DNA of 64,000 nt, taken from assembly GCA_002633005.1 (NCBI GenBank), contig NMRA01000023.1, positions 116,580-180,579 of the forward strand, written 5' to 3'. Below, one piece after another: positions 53,541 through 64,000 of this stretch. Each line of letters opens with the position of its first letter. Position 1 is the first letter of the stretch. This stretch comes from Phoronis australis (lineage: Eukaryota > Animalia > Phoronida). A program made the position numbers and the translations under genes. The notes under the pieces were generated by a model. That model made no database searches, was not told where the DNA came from, and worked only from the letters and a program-made list of their open reading frames with translations.

Positions 53541-55786
53541 TCGGCCCCAAATGCGAAGTCAACTACATGTATGAGCATTTCTAAAAACAACTAAATCTAA
53601 ACGGATGATTCAAGCATACAAAGCTTAGTAATACAGTAGGTCTAACCAAGGCAAAACCAGCATTCTTAAAATGGACAGTTCTCACGAGTCCCTCCTTATT
53701 AGGAAATGTCTCCAGTACTCGACTAAGTTTCCAACAATTGCGAGGTAAAGTCCCACCCGCAACAATGCCAACATCACCAACAAAGTTTCCATTTTGTGTA
53801 ATACCAAGCCATTTCCTACGAATCTGCGGTGTGGGAAGTTATTCCTTCACACACCTGCGCAAAACAGGTCGCGCAAAAACTGCACACGCCAGCTACGTTG
53901 GAACATATCCTTCGGGTCAAAATTACCTGGAGGGACTACAAAAACCTTAGACGGATGTCGGAAATCATTAGTAGTTAAATGATTCAAATCGTTCAAATCG
54001 TATGACGTCATAGTTGAAGGTCTGCCATTGACAGTATTCTGGACCTCATAAAACACACTATACAGTCGTTCGTCGTCGAGGACCTGATTGCGAAGCAGCA
54101 CGTTCAAATCGTTCCAAACTGAACGAATTTAGCGCCCCCACACTCCTCCCATGTGCGAGGCCAAGTGAGGGTTAAACTTGCATGTACATTCGATCGGACG
54201 AATCAGCATGCTGTCTTAACACAGCGGACTTTCATTCCTTTTCCGGATCGACTCCCGAATCTCCTTTTCACCGCCCACGAAATAGGTGCCATTGTCTGAA
54301 TGTACATGTAGCTTATTGGGGACCCTTGCCTGGCAAAACGTCTTATGAGGGCATTTATAAATAAGTTTAATTTTTAACGAGTAGAGCTTCTCAATATGAT
54401 CGGTTCTAGACGTGAGACGAGTGAACTAACAACCAAAGCGCTTTTCTCTATCCCGGCCTCTGTTGACCAGAAAGGGTCCAAAGCAATCCAAACCAAATGA
54501 GAAAAAGCGGAGTCGCCAAACGACACCGTTTCAACCGGTAAATCGATCATCCGCTGAGTCTGTAATCCACCCTTTGATCTTTTACACTGTAACACACCCT
54601 CGAAGCTGACGGTTAATTACAACCCTAACTCTAGGGATAACAAAACCGTATAGATGATAGATGTTTATGGTCAGAATGTTGCGTGACGAACTGGTGAAAA
54701 TGCCTCACAGTTGTCGAAGCGACTTAACAGTCCCTGGTTACAATAATAGGGTGCCTCGAATCATCTGGAAGGCAAGCATTGTTCAACCTACGGGATTGCC
54801 CCCCCCCCCNNNCCCCCCCCCACCACACACACATCTAAGGCGGACTTGGGAGGTTCGGTACAAATATTATGGTATCGGGACACGGGGTGCGGCGGAGGTG
54901 ACCGCGATGGGGGGTAGTTTGTGCCCTCTTCATGATTTTGTGGCTTCCTACGGGCCTGACGAAGGGTTCTAGTGCCCAAACAGGGCTGGATTTTCTAACC
55001 TTTAGCATGAAACTTCAAACTCTGAGATTCAAGCGCATATTGCTGAGCTTGGACGTCGTTCAAGATACCTGTCTCGGCCGAACTTACCCGTCAAACGTCC
55101 AGTTGAGCATGTTGGTTTATCCCGAACCCATACAATAAATCGTCGCAGTCACGCAACAGCCTTACGCAGATGAAATAATCGATAATACCTGTCATATAAC
55201 TGATTGGAATCCCATATAGCACTCGTGAAGCAAGCAAAAGACTTGTCTTCTTTAGTCTCCAGGTCCTCAGCATGTGTAAATCTTTTGTTCGGTCACTGGG
55301 ACTCATCTTGAAGCAAAAACGCAGGCCCTTTCCTCCACATGACAAACATGTTCTCTGACGCCGACATACCATGTGAAATCAGATCAGCTGGGTTGGACTT
55401 GGTGTCGACGTGTCTCAACCATGACGGACGAGTCTCGTTGGGAATAATCGCCAAACGATTGGCAACAAACGTATGCAGGCGCTTGGACTCGCATAAAGGC
55501 CTAATATTGCTTTGGACAGCGTTGTCGATCCAGAAAACAACTGTTGATACTAAAACCCATCTCCAGTTTCAAAAGCGAAAGCAGCTTCACAGCAACCACA
55601 ACCGAGTACAACTCCAGTCTTGGAATCGTGAAGGTTTTACAGGAGCCAAGCGACAGTTAGCAATCAAAAAACTAGTTTCAATAAACCCTCGGAAACTCAC
55701 AAGCATCAGATACGACACTGCGTCATACGCCAACCGACAAAAGACAAAAGTTGTATAGATCTGTACATCAACAGACAAGCCATAAT
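53541..55786 (-). mobile_element. BEL/Pao retrotransposon pol remnant (RNase H to integrase)
   Basis: AYDAVSYL...FLIANCRLAPVK (RNase H); MIDLP..., FNPHLASHMGGVW, EVQNTVNGRP...LTTNDF (integrase); many frameshifts. Confidence 0.88.
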
Positions 55787-58360
55787 GGGGCTATTCGACA
55801 ATTTTAACCTTACTGGAGGGCGCCCGTGTACTAGTGGTGATACATTACACAGCCTCGCGTTCGCGAGGCCTTTAATGCAAGGTGCAGAGGAGATACGCAT
55901 CGCTTCTGCAACCGTCCCTGAATGGGCAAAAATTGGGTTTAAACTGTTGAATGCAACCAACCAGCCAAATCTTCCTATCAAGTGCATGTCTTTCTATATC
56001 GAAGACAGAGAACAAAATCTACGAATGAAAAATAAAGACACAGTTCTATACAAATCAATAGCTATTATGTTGTGTACATCCTTGCCTCCTGGAAATAGTA
56101 ATTATTTATTTTTTTGTGAAATTGTAAAGCAGTTACCATATCATATTTTTGAAGAACAGGGACAACATTTTTGATCCAATCTGACGCACTTAATTATTCA
56201 TGATTCATTATTTGTTCCACATTTAGTGACGTTTTTAAGGCCACTCAAGCCGTAACATTGACAAGCTTTGTTACTCCTTTCTCTTCCCACATCATGTCGT
56301 CCGCATACCAGCAGTGTGAATAGCAGCAGAGTAAGAAAATGTGCCAGTGGATTGTTTGTGTGGGAGGAGGGACCATATCTGACTACTACACCAGCTAGGA
56401 TGCCTTTTTATAGGCAATGAGTCATGTGTGGACAAAAATGGCTTATTTCCTTTCCTGGAAGAAACATGAGGGACTGAAGCTAAAGAAGATGTAGTAACAC
56501 TATGGTCTAGTTCAGGGTCAGATTTTGGACACAAAGCGATTCAAGTGATATGATGTTGTGTTTGTCTTCAAGGATCTAATTTTGGACATTATTGAGAGTC
56601 TTAATGAAACGAAACTGGACCTTTTTTACAAGCGCTTCTATAGGCCATTGAAACTCTCAATCCGAGTGAAAGGAAAACCAAAAGCATCTAATATAAATAC
56701 CTATCCTTTCCCACTGAGTGACATTAACATTTCCTTTCAGAAGAAGGTGTTATACTATTGGTAAAATCTTTTCAATTTGGTACGCATTATAATGAAATGA
56801 CAGTCAACCGGTTGTCTTACTGTCAATAAAAAGCCCGTTAATGTTACACTTTGATGATCGACTAAATTTTTCATCAACAGGCACGTTTGTCACTAATTAT
56901 TCAAACCACAATATTTCTTCAGTTTTAAAGCACCGTACAGTGCAGTTGTGCTGCTTCTTTATAACGCTGAAGTGATTACCGATTACGCTTGCGAGTTATC
57001 ACTTTCGTGTTGACCTAAAGAAATGTCCGGCGATCAAAACACGAAGTATTCCCCTTGTTTGCATTTGATTTGTTTATATGTGAAACTATTTTTAGAGCGT
57101 TCTTAAAAAGGCCTTTGACGTTTTGTGTTAGCTTGTCTATAATAAAAGTTCCACATGCAAGCAAAATATGTATTGAATCGTAGCCAGCTGGATAAGAATC
57201 TTTGATGCACAAACAAAATGAAAAACAAAATGGAAAACTGAACAACCTTATACATACAAAGGAACATTATTTATTAAACACAATTGTAGTTTTTCTATTG
57301 TATTAGAATCCAGAGAGGTTTAAATTCATGGAGGTAATTACTGTAGGACTACTTTTCCCTTTGTGGAAAAGTGAAACACACGTAAGGCGGCTAGCTTCAG
57401 TGGCTTTCTCTCAAGTGTAAAAAAATGGTCAATATTAGCAAAATGTAAAAGAAAACACAAGACAACTAATTTTGTAAGGCAGAACATACTTTACATTTCA
57501 TCTTCTTATATGTAGAAACTAATAATCTTTGTACCCAAGCCTTATTTAAGATCTGAATTAAAGTGTGTGAAACAGGCTACAGTAATTTAACAATGTGTAT
57601 TTTTACGACACCTAAAATGTATTTCTTATCTCAACAAATAAAATTCATTCTAGGTGTCAATATATATTCCAGTACAATGTTAAGAATTTACAGAATTGCT
57701 CATTCATGTTAATTCGGTTGAACTATAATCTGGAAGTCCTGGTGGTGGGGTTCGCTATAAAATAAGGAAATTCACTAATCTAGAGAATGTTATTAGACGT
57801 AGCATAGTTTTGAAGAGTAGCTGCTGTGAAAAAGTCACCCTTGACTTCTGAGCGGCATGTCCCATACACCTCTTATATTAGGAGCACTCATACCCAGGAC
57901 AATATACAGTGTACACAGTATATGTGTTGCTAGCCTACCACCCGGGTGCCGGGTGAGTTTCTGAAGAGAAACACTTAGTTTCAATGAATAAACATGTTAT
58001 TCAGTGTGGTAACTGGAGGAGATAACACCACTGAGCGATGTTAATAGGAACTAATTGCTAAGCACTTACCAAGTAACGTGATTACATATATGTAGTCTCT
58101 CAATAGAAATGCATAGAGCACACACGGCTTCGGCATCCACACACTTTTGTCACCTGGTTGAACCTTTTGACCACGTTTATAGTAACCTTAGGTCTTTTGG
58201 GAATTTGTGACCACCAGGCAAATTAGCCAAAATAAGGCTTAGCGCGACGACGTATTTTGATAACAATTCCGTCTTTTTTCGAGCTGTTTACATGCAGACA
58301 GCGACGCATGCGCAATTCATTCACCACTAGTGCAGCAGCGACACCGCGTCGAATAGGCCC
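55787..58360. mobile_element. ~2.6-kb non-autonomous TIR element with AT TSD (ISL2EU/PHIS-like) inserted into BEL pol
   Basis: AT|GGGGCTATTCGAC ... GTCGAATAGGCCC; removing the element and one AT restores the BEL frame CLVPANYGLSVDVQ. Confidence 0.8.
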
Positions 58361-59125
58361 GTTCGCAGGAACTAAACACCGGGCAAACGGAAGTTCTCCA
58401 GTCTACTCAAATCCCGCTGCCGCACATTCAACTTAGTAGCGTTGCTAGGGTCTAAGGGATCGTCCCAGTCCCTACGGCGCCTCACTTTTTCCTGGAAAGT
58501 GAGTTTAGCACAAAGCACAAAAGGTCCAACAAATCCAACAAGATCAAAAACAGAAGCAAACATCTTAAGCACACATATATCATGGTATAGACAGCTTCAT
58601 GCTCCTAATTTGTTTACAGCTACTGTCTACATTGGATAGTATTAATTCTTGGATGAGTGCGCAAGTAATAGACAATTACCGAGGGCCAAGGCTCATACAT
58701 GTACATGTAAACCAGAAGGCAGCAGTTAGAAATTAAGGTAAGTCAAGTCAAAAAGCTACGAGTATCCTCGTACTGTCTGATATAATTCTTGGCATACATG
58801 TACATGTATTCCCGAATCATTTTTCATTTCCCAAACATCAGTTTTGGGACAGTTAGGACTGCTGAAACCATGGATTATTGAATGAGCGTGCGACTTCCCA
58901 AGTGACTGGCAAGATGTCTGCTCCTTGTTGCATTCATGTCTCAGATTCTGCTCAAATTTTGAGCTGGAATTTTCGGATATCAAAAGGTCTAACAAAGGCT
59001 ACTGCAGACAAAAGTATCAACACTGAGAGCAAGTGAAGTATCATTGCTCGAACGAGCCCCCTATTTGGTGAAGTGGGTAAAATGTCCGCCTCAGAGAAAC
59101 ATAAACTCCGAAAAAAGTAGAAAAG
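58361..59125 (-). mobile_element. BEL/Pao pol remnant (upstream part)
   Basis: LKMFASVFDLVGFVGPFVLCAKLTFQE.....DWDDPL; paralog of 20184-20990. Confidence 0.8.
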
Positions 59126-59818
59126 GATACAAACTCGAGCACTCTCTATTTTAGGCGGGGTGCACGGATGCTTCTATCACAAGCAGTGTTATACACATTT
59201 ATGGAAGTAACGAAAATTGAAAGAGCTCTTAAAAAATAAAAAGACCAAGCTGATGAAATTAAAACGTTCAACCCACTAGAAAATTGTCACTATCAGTTAC
59301 ATTTAACAATGTTCAAAGAAATGTACCGTACTGTATATGTATTGTCATCGTATTGAACCATTTCCCACAAATCAAATTCCATCACAGGGGGACTTCACAA
59401 ACAAAATAAAAATTAAAAACCTATACCAGTTCCAAACGTTCACTTGTAAGTCCATGTAGGCCTATGGTAAATAATTTTTAGTTTAGGCCTGAGAAAAATA
59501 ACTATTTTGCTTGATAAATAGGATATGCATATACTTTGCTTGCATTCAAAACCCGGAGTATGACTTTGATTGAAATGTATTGATCACATATACGGCTATA
59601 ATAGGTAAGGTAGTTGCGTGCACTCCGTCTGGTCGCCATTAATGCTATACTTGTAATGAACGATAAATACATGAGACAAGATTACGAGGAGAACAATTAG
59701 AGAAAACGCAACACATTAATTTGCTCTAATGGACTCCTAGCGAATACACTACTTTTTAATTAAGCTAGGAAAATCATCACTTGCTCTCATATGGTGATAC
59801 ACTGTATATTGCGACAAT

Positions 59819-59990
59819 AATGTTTCATTAAGCACAGCGTAGACGCTATTCTTCATACAACTAGATGTATATTTTATTGCTATTACATATTGTGACAAAA
59901 ATATGTTTCATTAAACACATTAGCGTAGACGCTATTCTTCATACAACTAGATGTATAATTTATTGCTATTACATATTGTGACAAAAATAT
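59819..59990. repeat. ~85-bp tandem duplication upstream of gene copy B
   Basis: atgtttcattaa...agcgtagacgctattcttcatacaactagatgtat...tgtgacaaaaat twice; single copy at ~21738-21820. Confidence 0.85.
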
Positions 59991-60133
59991 TCTCTTAAGC
60001 ACAGGTTTCATGCCTCTTTAGGTGAAATGAACAGTGGTAATAAGAGACTAATTAATGATTTCGTATGAATGGTAATAAATGCTTGCTTTAGTCATTGACT
60101 TATCACAGATTTAGTGGCGTCTGACCGATCATC

Positions 60134-60424
60134 ATGTTTAAATGCAGCTTGGTGTTTCTGTTTTTTCTACAAGGGAATTTTCAGTTCGATTTCATCGTGA
60201 CTCTAGATACATGTATGGCCAGGTTTCACACGGAGAAGACACGTGCATCAACATGTCCGGGCAACGTTACCGTCAGTGCAGCTTCTCTGATCGAATGTTC
60301 TCGTCTGTGTTCTGTGGATCGCCTTTGTGTGGCCTTCCTGTATGTCAGTAGAAGGTTCTGCTCAACTTGCAATACTGTGGAAAAAGCTGGGTCAAAAAAC
60401 GGCGAAAATCTTTTCGGGTGGCGG
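60134..60424 (+). CDS. Exon 1 of the paralogous PAN/apple-FReD gene (97 aa)
   Basis: PAN domain differs from copy A by 1 aa; donor CGG|GTGAGT at 60425. Confidence 0.82.
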
Positions 60425-61216
60425 GTGAGTACATCCATAATCTGAAGGGATGACAAGTCTGGCATATTCGCCACTGACATTTTGTGCTCTTGCAATTTGC
60501 GTAAAAACTATATTCTGTGTGTATACTGATTTTCGTCATCAAACGAGCCTAAATTCCAAAGAAATGGCACATATTCCCACTTGTGGAATTCTGACGAGAA
60601 TAACACAAGTAACAAACGTTATAATTTGGCTTCGTTTGCATGTATTTTTGCGGCGACACGCGTGACGTTTTGTCTTGAGGAAAACTGGTTTAATAAGTGG
60701 CACGAGGATTAGCAACTGACACAGGAGCCATAATTTTAACATGTTTTAAGTCAGAAAATGATGTTTAAAGTTTCTTGTTCGTTGCATTAATCTAGTGAAA
60801 ACAATTACTCCATACGTAGTGATTTTAAACAATTTTCCCTGGTGATTCCCAGTACAGTGAAGAGGCTCACGTGGGAAACATTATATCCTATTGGAAACGG
60901 AAAAATCGTTAAGTACAAGACATGGGGATTAAAACGAACATAGGCTAAACATTGTCATTTAGATGCGTTTGTGTTTCCCGACCCCGTACTGAAAAACGGT
61001 TTACTTGCAATCAGGAATAAAACGTAATTTTATTTAGTTGGTTTAACGTAGTCAACACTGCAAAGCGCAAACCTACTTACCCATCCCAAACGAGAGAGGT
61101 AGGCCGAGAACTGCGAAGCAAGGGATAGTCTTACCATACAACCTCAAGCGCATGTAACAATATGGGTTTCTTTTTGACTTGGTGTTGGTTTTATTCTACT
61201 CGGAATTGTTTTGTAG

Positions 61217-61241
61217 GAATTCCAAGACTGCTCCGACCCAG
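61217..61241 (+). CDS. Exon 2 micro-exon (EFQDCSDP + G) of the paralog; FReD exon presumably beyond the window
   Basis: ttgtAG|gaattccaagactgctccgacccag|GTAGGC; two synonymous changes relative to copy A. Confidence 0.8.
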
Positions 61242-61764
61242 GTAGGCATGTTTATTATTTAGGAGGGCATTGCACACAAAAGTGACGACTCGAACTTCCG
61301 TTTAACACTTGATGGATCGATTTTAATTCTGCGCATATATTATTGGAAGAGGCTCTTCTTTCAAAAAAAAAAGATATTGTTATACAGTTTCCTAAGTTCG
61401 GCGCATGTGAAAGCCCCGAGCATTGCCTATTTAGTTTGGGGAAAATATTCCAAATTTTCGTAATTAAGCAAAAAGTTTAACGTGAGCTTTCTTTCGCTGT
61501 TTCTGATAAATGTGTCCTACAGTGCCTTTAGTAACACTTCCATGGAGACAACGTGTCCTGTGGAGGCAGTGTCGTCTAGTTGTAACTAGATTTGAAGCTT
61601 TTCACCTGGCTATGAATGCCTCACTGCTTAGATCCTGTGTAAAGCTCCTCTGCTCTACAAACCACTTCATTTGTGTTCCGTCATGCGTGCACTGTTATAC
61701 TTTCATTTGAAACTTGTGTTGTATTCTGCAAAGACACATTAGTGTCAGGAAAAAGTAAAGTTTG

Positions 61765-61915
61765 AATCTGATTGACAATCTGTTAATACAGATTGCCAAT
61801 CCGTAAATTCTGATTGCCAATCTGTTGATATGGAATGCCAATCTGATTTAATGCAGATTGACAATCTGTTGCTAGGGAACGTTATTCTGTTACGAATTGT
61901 CAATCTGTAATTACG
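61765..61915. repeat. Minisatellite of GATTG(A/C)CAATC units (probable subterminal repeats of the adjacent element)
   Basis: About six copies at ~20-bp spacing. Confidence 0.75.
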
Positions 61916-61949
61916 GATCTCTAGTCTAGTTGTCAGAAAGAATGAGAGA

Positions 61950-62220
61950 TCTTCAGCTTATATATTTTCATTTGGGCTTAGTTACATGTATGACAACATT
62001 CAGGTGTCGTTATTAGATAATCACAGTGTCTTTAGAAGGAGTAGAACTCAACGGCGACTTCGAAACATTGTGTTGTCTTGGCGCCAGAAGCACACAAGCA
62101 TTATAGACGGCTGCTTGCTCTCTTGAAAAACGTGCATTAGAACGATTTCATGGTTATCGGCAGATGCATTTGAAGTGTATACAAAATGGGCTGAATGTCA
62201 ACAGGGAAACCGTCTTCTGG
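61950..62220 (+). mobile_element. IS3EU-like transposase N-terminal remnant
   Basis: FHGYRQMHLKCIQNGLNVNRETV resembles the GYR.M......G..V.R..V helix-turn-helix of eukaryotic IS3-like transposases; degenerate upstream fragment. Confidence 0.55.
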
Positions 62221-64000
62221 TGGAAATCTGAGTTCCCGGTGGGGTAAGATGCTGAACAACAATGAAGAGCCCGCAGTAACGCGTGTATCGAGTATGAGAT
62301 CCAAAATGTTGTGGCATGCCGAGTCTTACGTTGAACTAAAGCATTTTTGAACATGTCTAGGCTCTCTAGACTTTTAAAGGCTAAAGTATCTGGAAAGGTT
62401 TAGCCTTTTTCAAGAAATATTACTCATACTTGCTCTTTCCCAACTCCCCCAAATTGATAAAACACACCTTCCTTACAATGATATATAGCAATTGAAAGCT
62501 GTTTTATTTGTGCGGCGATCGTCCATTTTTTAATCTTACTATGGCCAAAACTGATTTAATTAAACAACAAAGCACTGTCACATTGGGTAGGAGTTCCCCC
62601 TATCCTTGAATTCTGGACGGGTGTATGCCGGCCACCAGCCTTAATGCAAAATTTTTTTAGTTATTATACAGCTTTGCGCCAGTGTGAATAAAAACTGACC
62701 AGATATAATATGAGTGTCATTAAAACAACCCTGTTCCTTGAGTAAACTAAATTATTTACCGGGGTTTGAAAAATGGCGTTTTGGCGTTGCTATGTTGTTA
62801 AAAATACTATTTCAGCTTCAGTTTGTTAAAAACTTCATGAAACAGATTTTATTCAAGCTTTTGTATTCGAAACCTAATCCCAAATAATATTTTTGGACAT
62901 GAAACCGAACTGAATGCAGAAGTTTTAGATTCATTTTTATTATTTGTATGATGCACCAAGAAACGGTGGATGCCGGACGAAATGTCAATCGAAATTCGAG
63001 TGTCCAGCACAGGTCAAATATGAACTTGGAATTTCGCTTAATCTCATGATCGTGTTTCGACCTACATTACGTAAGCTTGGAGTACCCGGGAAACCATGGC
63101 GTCTTCAATCAAATAATCACGTTCTCGTTACTATAATTCGTTTACGGGTAGAACGGATGATCGTGGGACCAATGATTACAAACATTGTCTACACTGATCA
63201 AAAATTCCATCTGATTTCTTTTATGTGTATGTAATCCCATGCCCATGCATACGCGATCTTCAGCTTATGCAAAATTCAAAATCACGCATGCCAAGTAACT
63301 TATGGAAGGCGTTCGGCAGAAGATACATGTAGGTCGAACTTCCCTGTTAAAAAGACCTGCTGCGCCTTCGAATTGACTATTACCGCCGTAAAGTTTTAAA
63401 TGAAGATCAGTTTGAGCTGGAATTATCTGCTATCCTAGATGGCTGTAACAGATTCTCAGTTAGCAAAGACAGGTAAGTCATCAACGTCGGATGTCCGAGG
63501 CGTAACTTACGCCAACCTCAGTTTTCAAAATGTTATGGTAGATCTCGTTTTAATACTCATTACAAGGCTAACTGTATGGACTTGTTGTTGTATACATGCT
63601 GATTGTCTATACACCGTGTTAGTGCTAATTTAGATACACCTAAATTGGTGGATTGTATTAATGTTGTGTTGTGTTCTTCAGGGCAATTGGGTCTGTGTGT
63701 TGCACCACGAGACAGACAATTAAAACGCGGAGTAGTCGAATTAAATAACATCAAGGAAACCCCGATCCCGTAGCAAAGCCCAAACAAGTACAGTTCATGT
63801 AGAAGACGTGTGGAAGTGGTGGCGAAGTGATCAATAAGCTTCCGATCAAGCATTCACCCACACACGGAATTCCGTGTGTCGTTCATCATGCTTCCACCGC
63901 GCCACTTTTCAGTATATATGGCGCTGTTTCAGAGGGTACACTGCAAGCAGTTTCAGCCGCTTGCATAGCATCGAGTAACTAGAAGGTGCCGATTAAGACA

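Larger units (their letters stand above)
55882..61453 (+). repeat. Segmental duplication, copy B
   Basis: Colinear with 17048-23280; lacks ~520 bp present at ~17210-17735. Confidence 0.92.

Noticed and set aside
55785-56174. 129-aa ORF
   Set aside because: It starts in the TIR of a non-autonomous element and spans a ~520-bp indel relative to the paralog, so it is not conserved
62585-63900. Possible MITE (62590-63090) and solo LTR (~63530-63900)
   Set aside because: Matching termini and TSDs could not be established

Overview
This is AT-rich, repeat-dense eukaryotic DNA that looks like a marine invertebrate genome; there are no operons, rRNA, tRNA or CRISPR arrays. The host content is a small cluster of secreted lectin-like genes. 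A complete 3-exon gene can be assembled from a signal peptide + PAN/apple exon (21966-22250), a 25-nt micro-exon EFQDCSDP (23046-23070, absent from the ORF track) and a fibrinogen-C (FReD) exon (26647-27239), giving about 300 aa. A segmental duplicate carries exons 1-2 again (60134-60424, 61217-61241). A near-identical FReD copy follows a 1-N junction (probably an allelic artifact), and a diverged frameshifted FReD pseudo-exon lies at 49923-50551. The rest is nested, decayed transposable elements: Kolobok-type TTAA elements (THAP plus putative KolX fragments), a Mutator-like/Kolobok-Hydra-type transposase remnant, a BEL/Pao LTR remnant split by an AT-TSD TIR element, Helentron-associated tandem repeats, nested MITEs, and MULE-like and IS3EU-like fragments. 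Paralog comparison shows repeated TA-CATG-TA / TA-CTG-TA insertion scars, one of which adds Thr-Cys in frame to a gene copy. All family assignments are by-eye motif recognition, not database searches.
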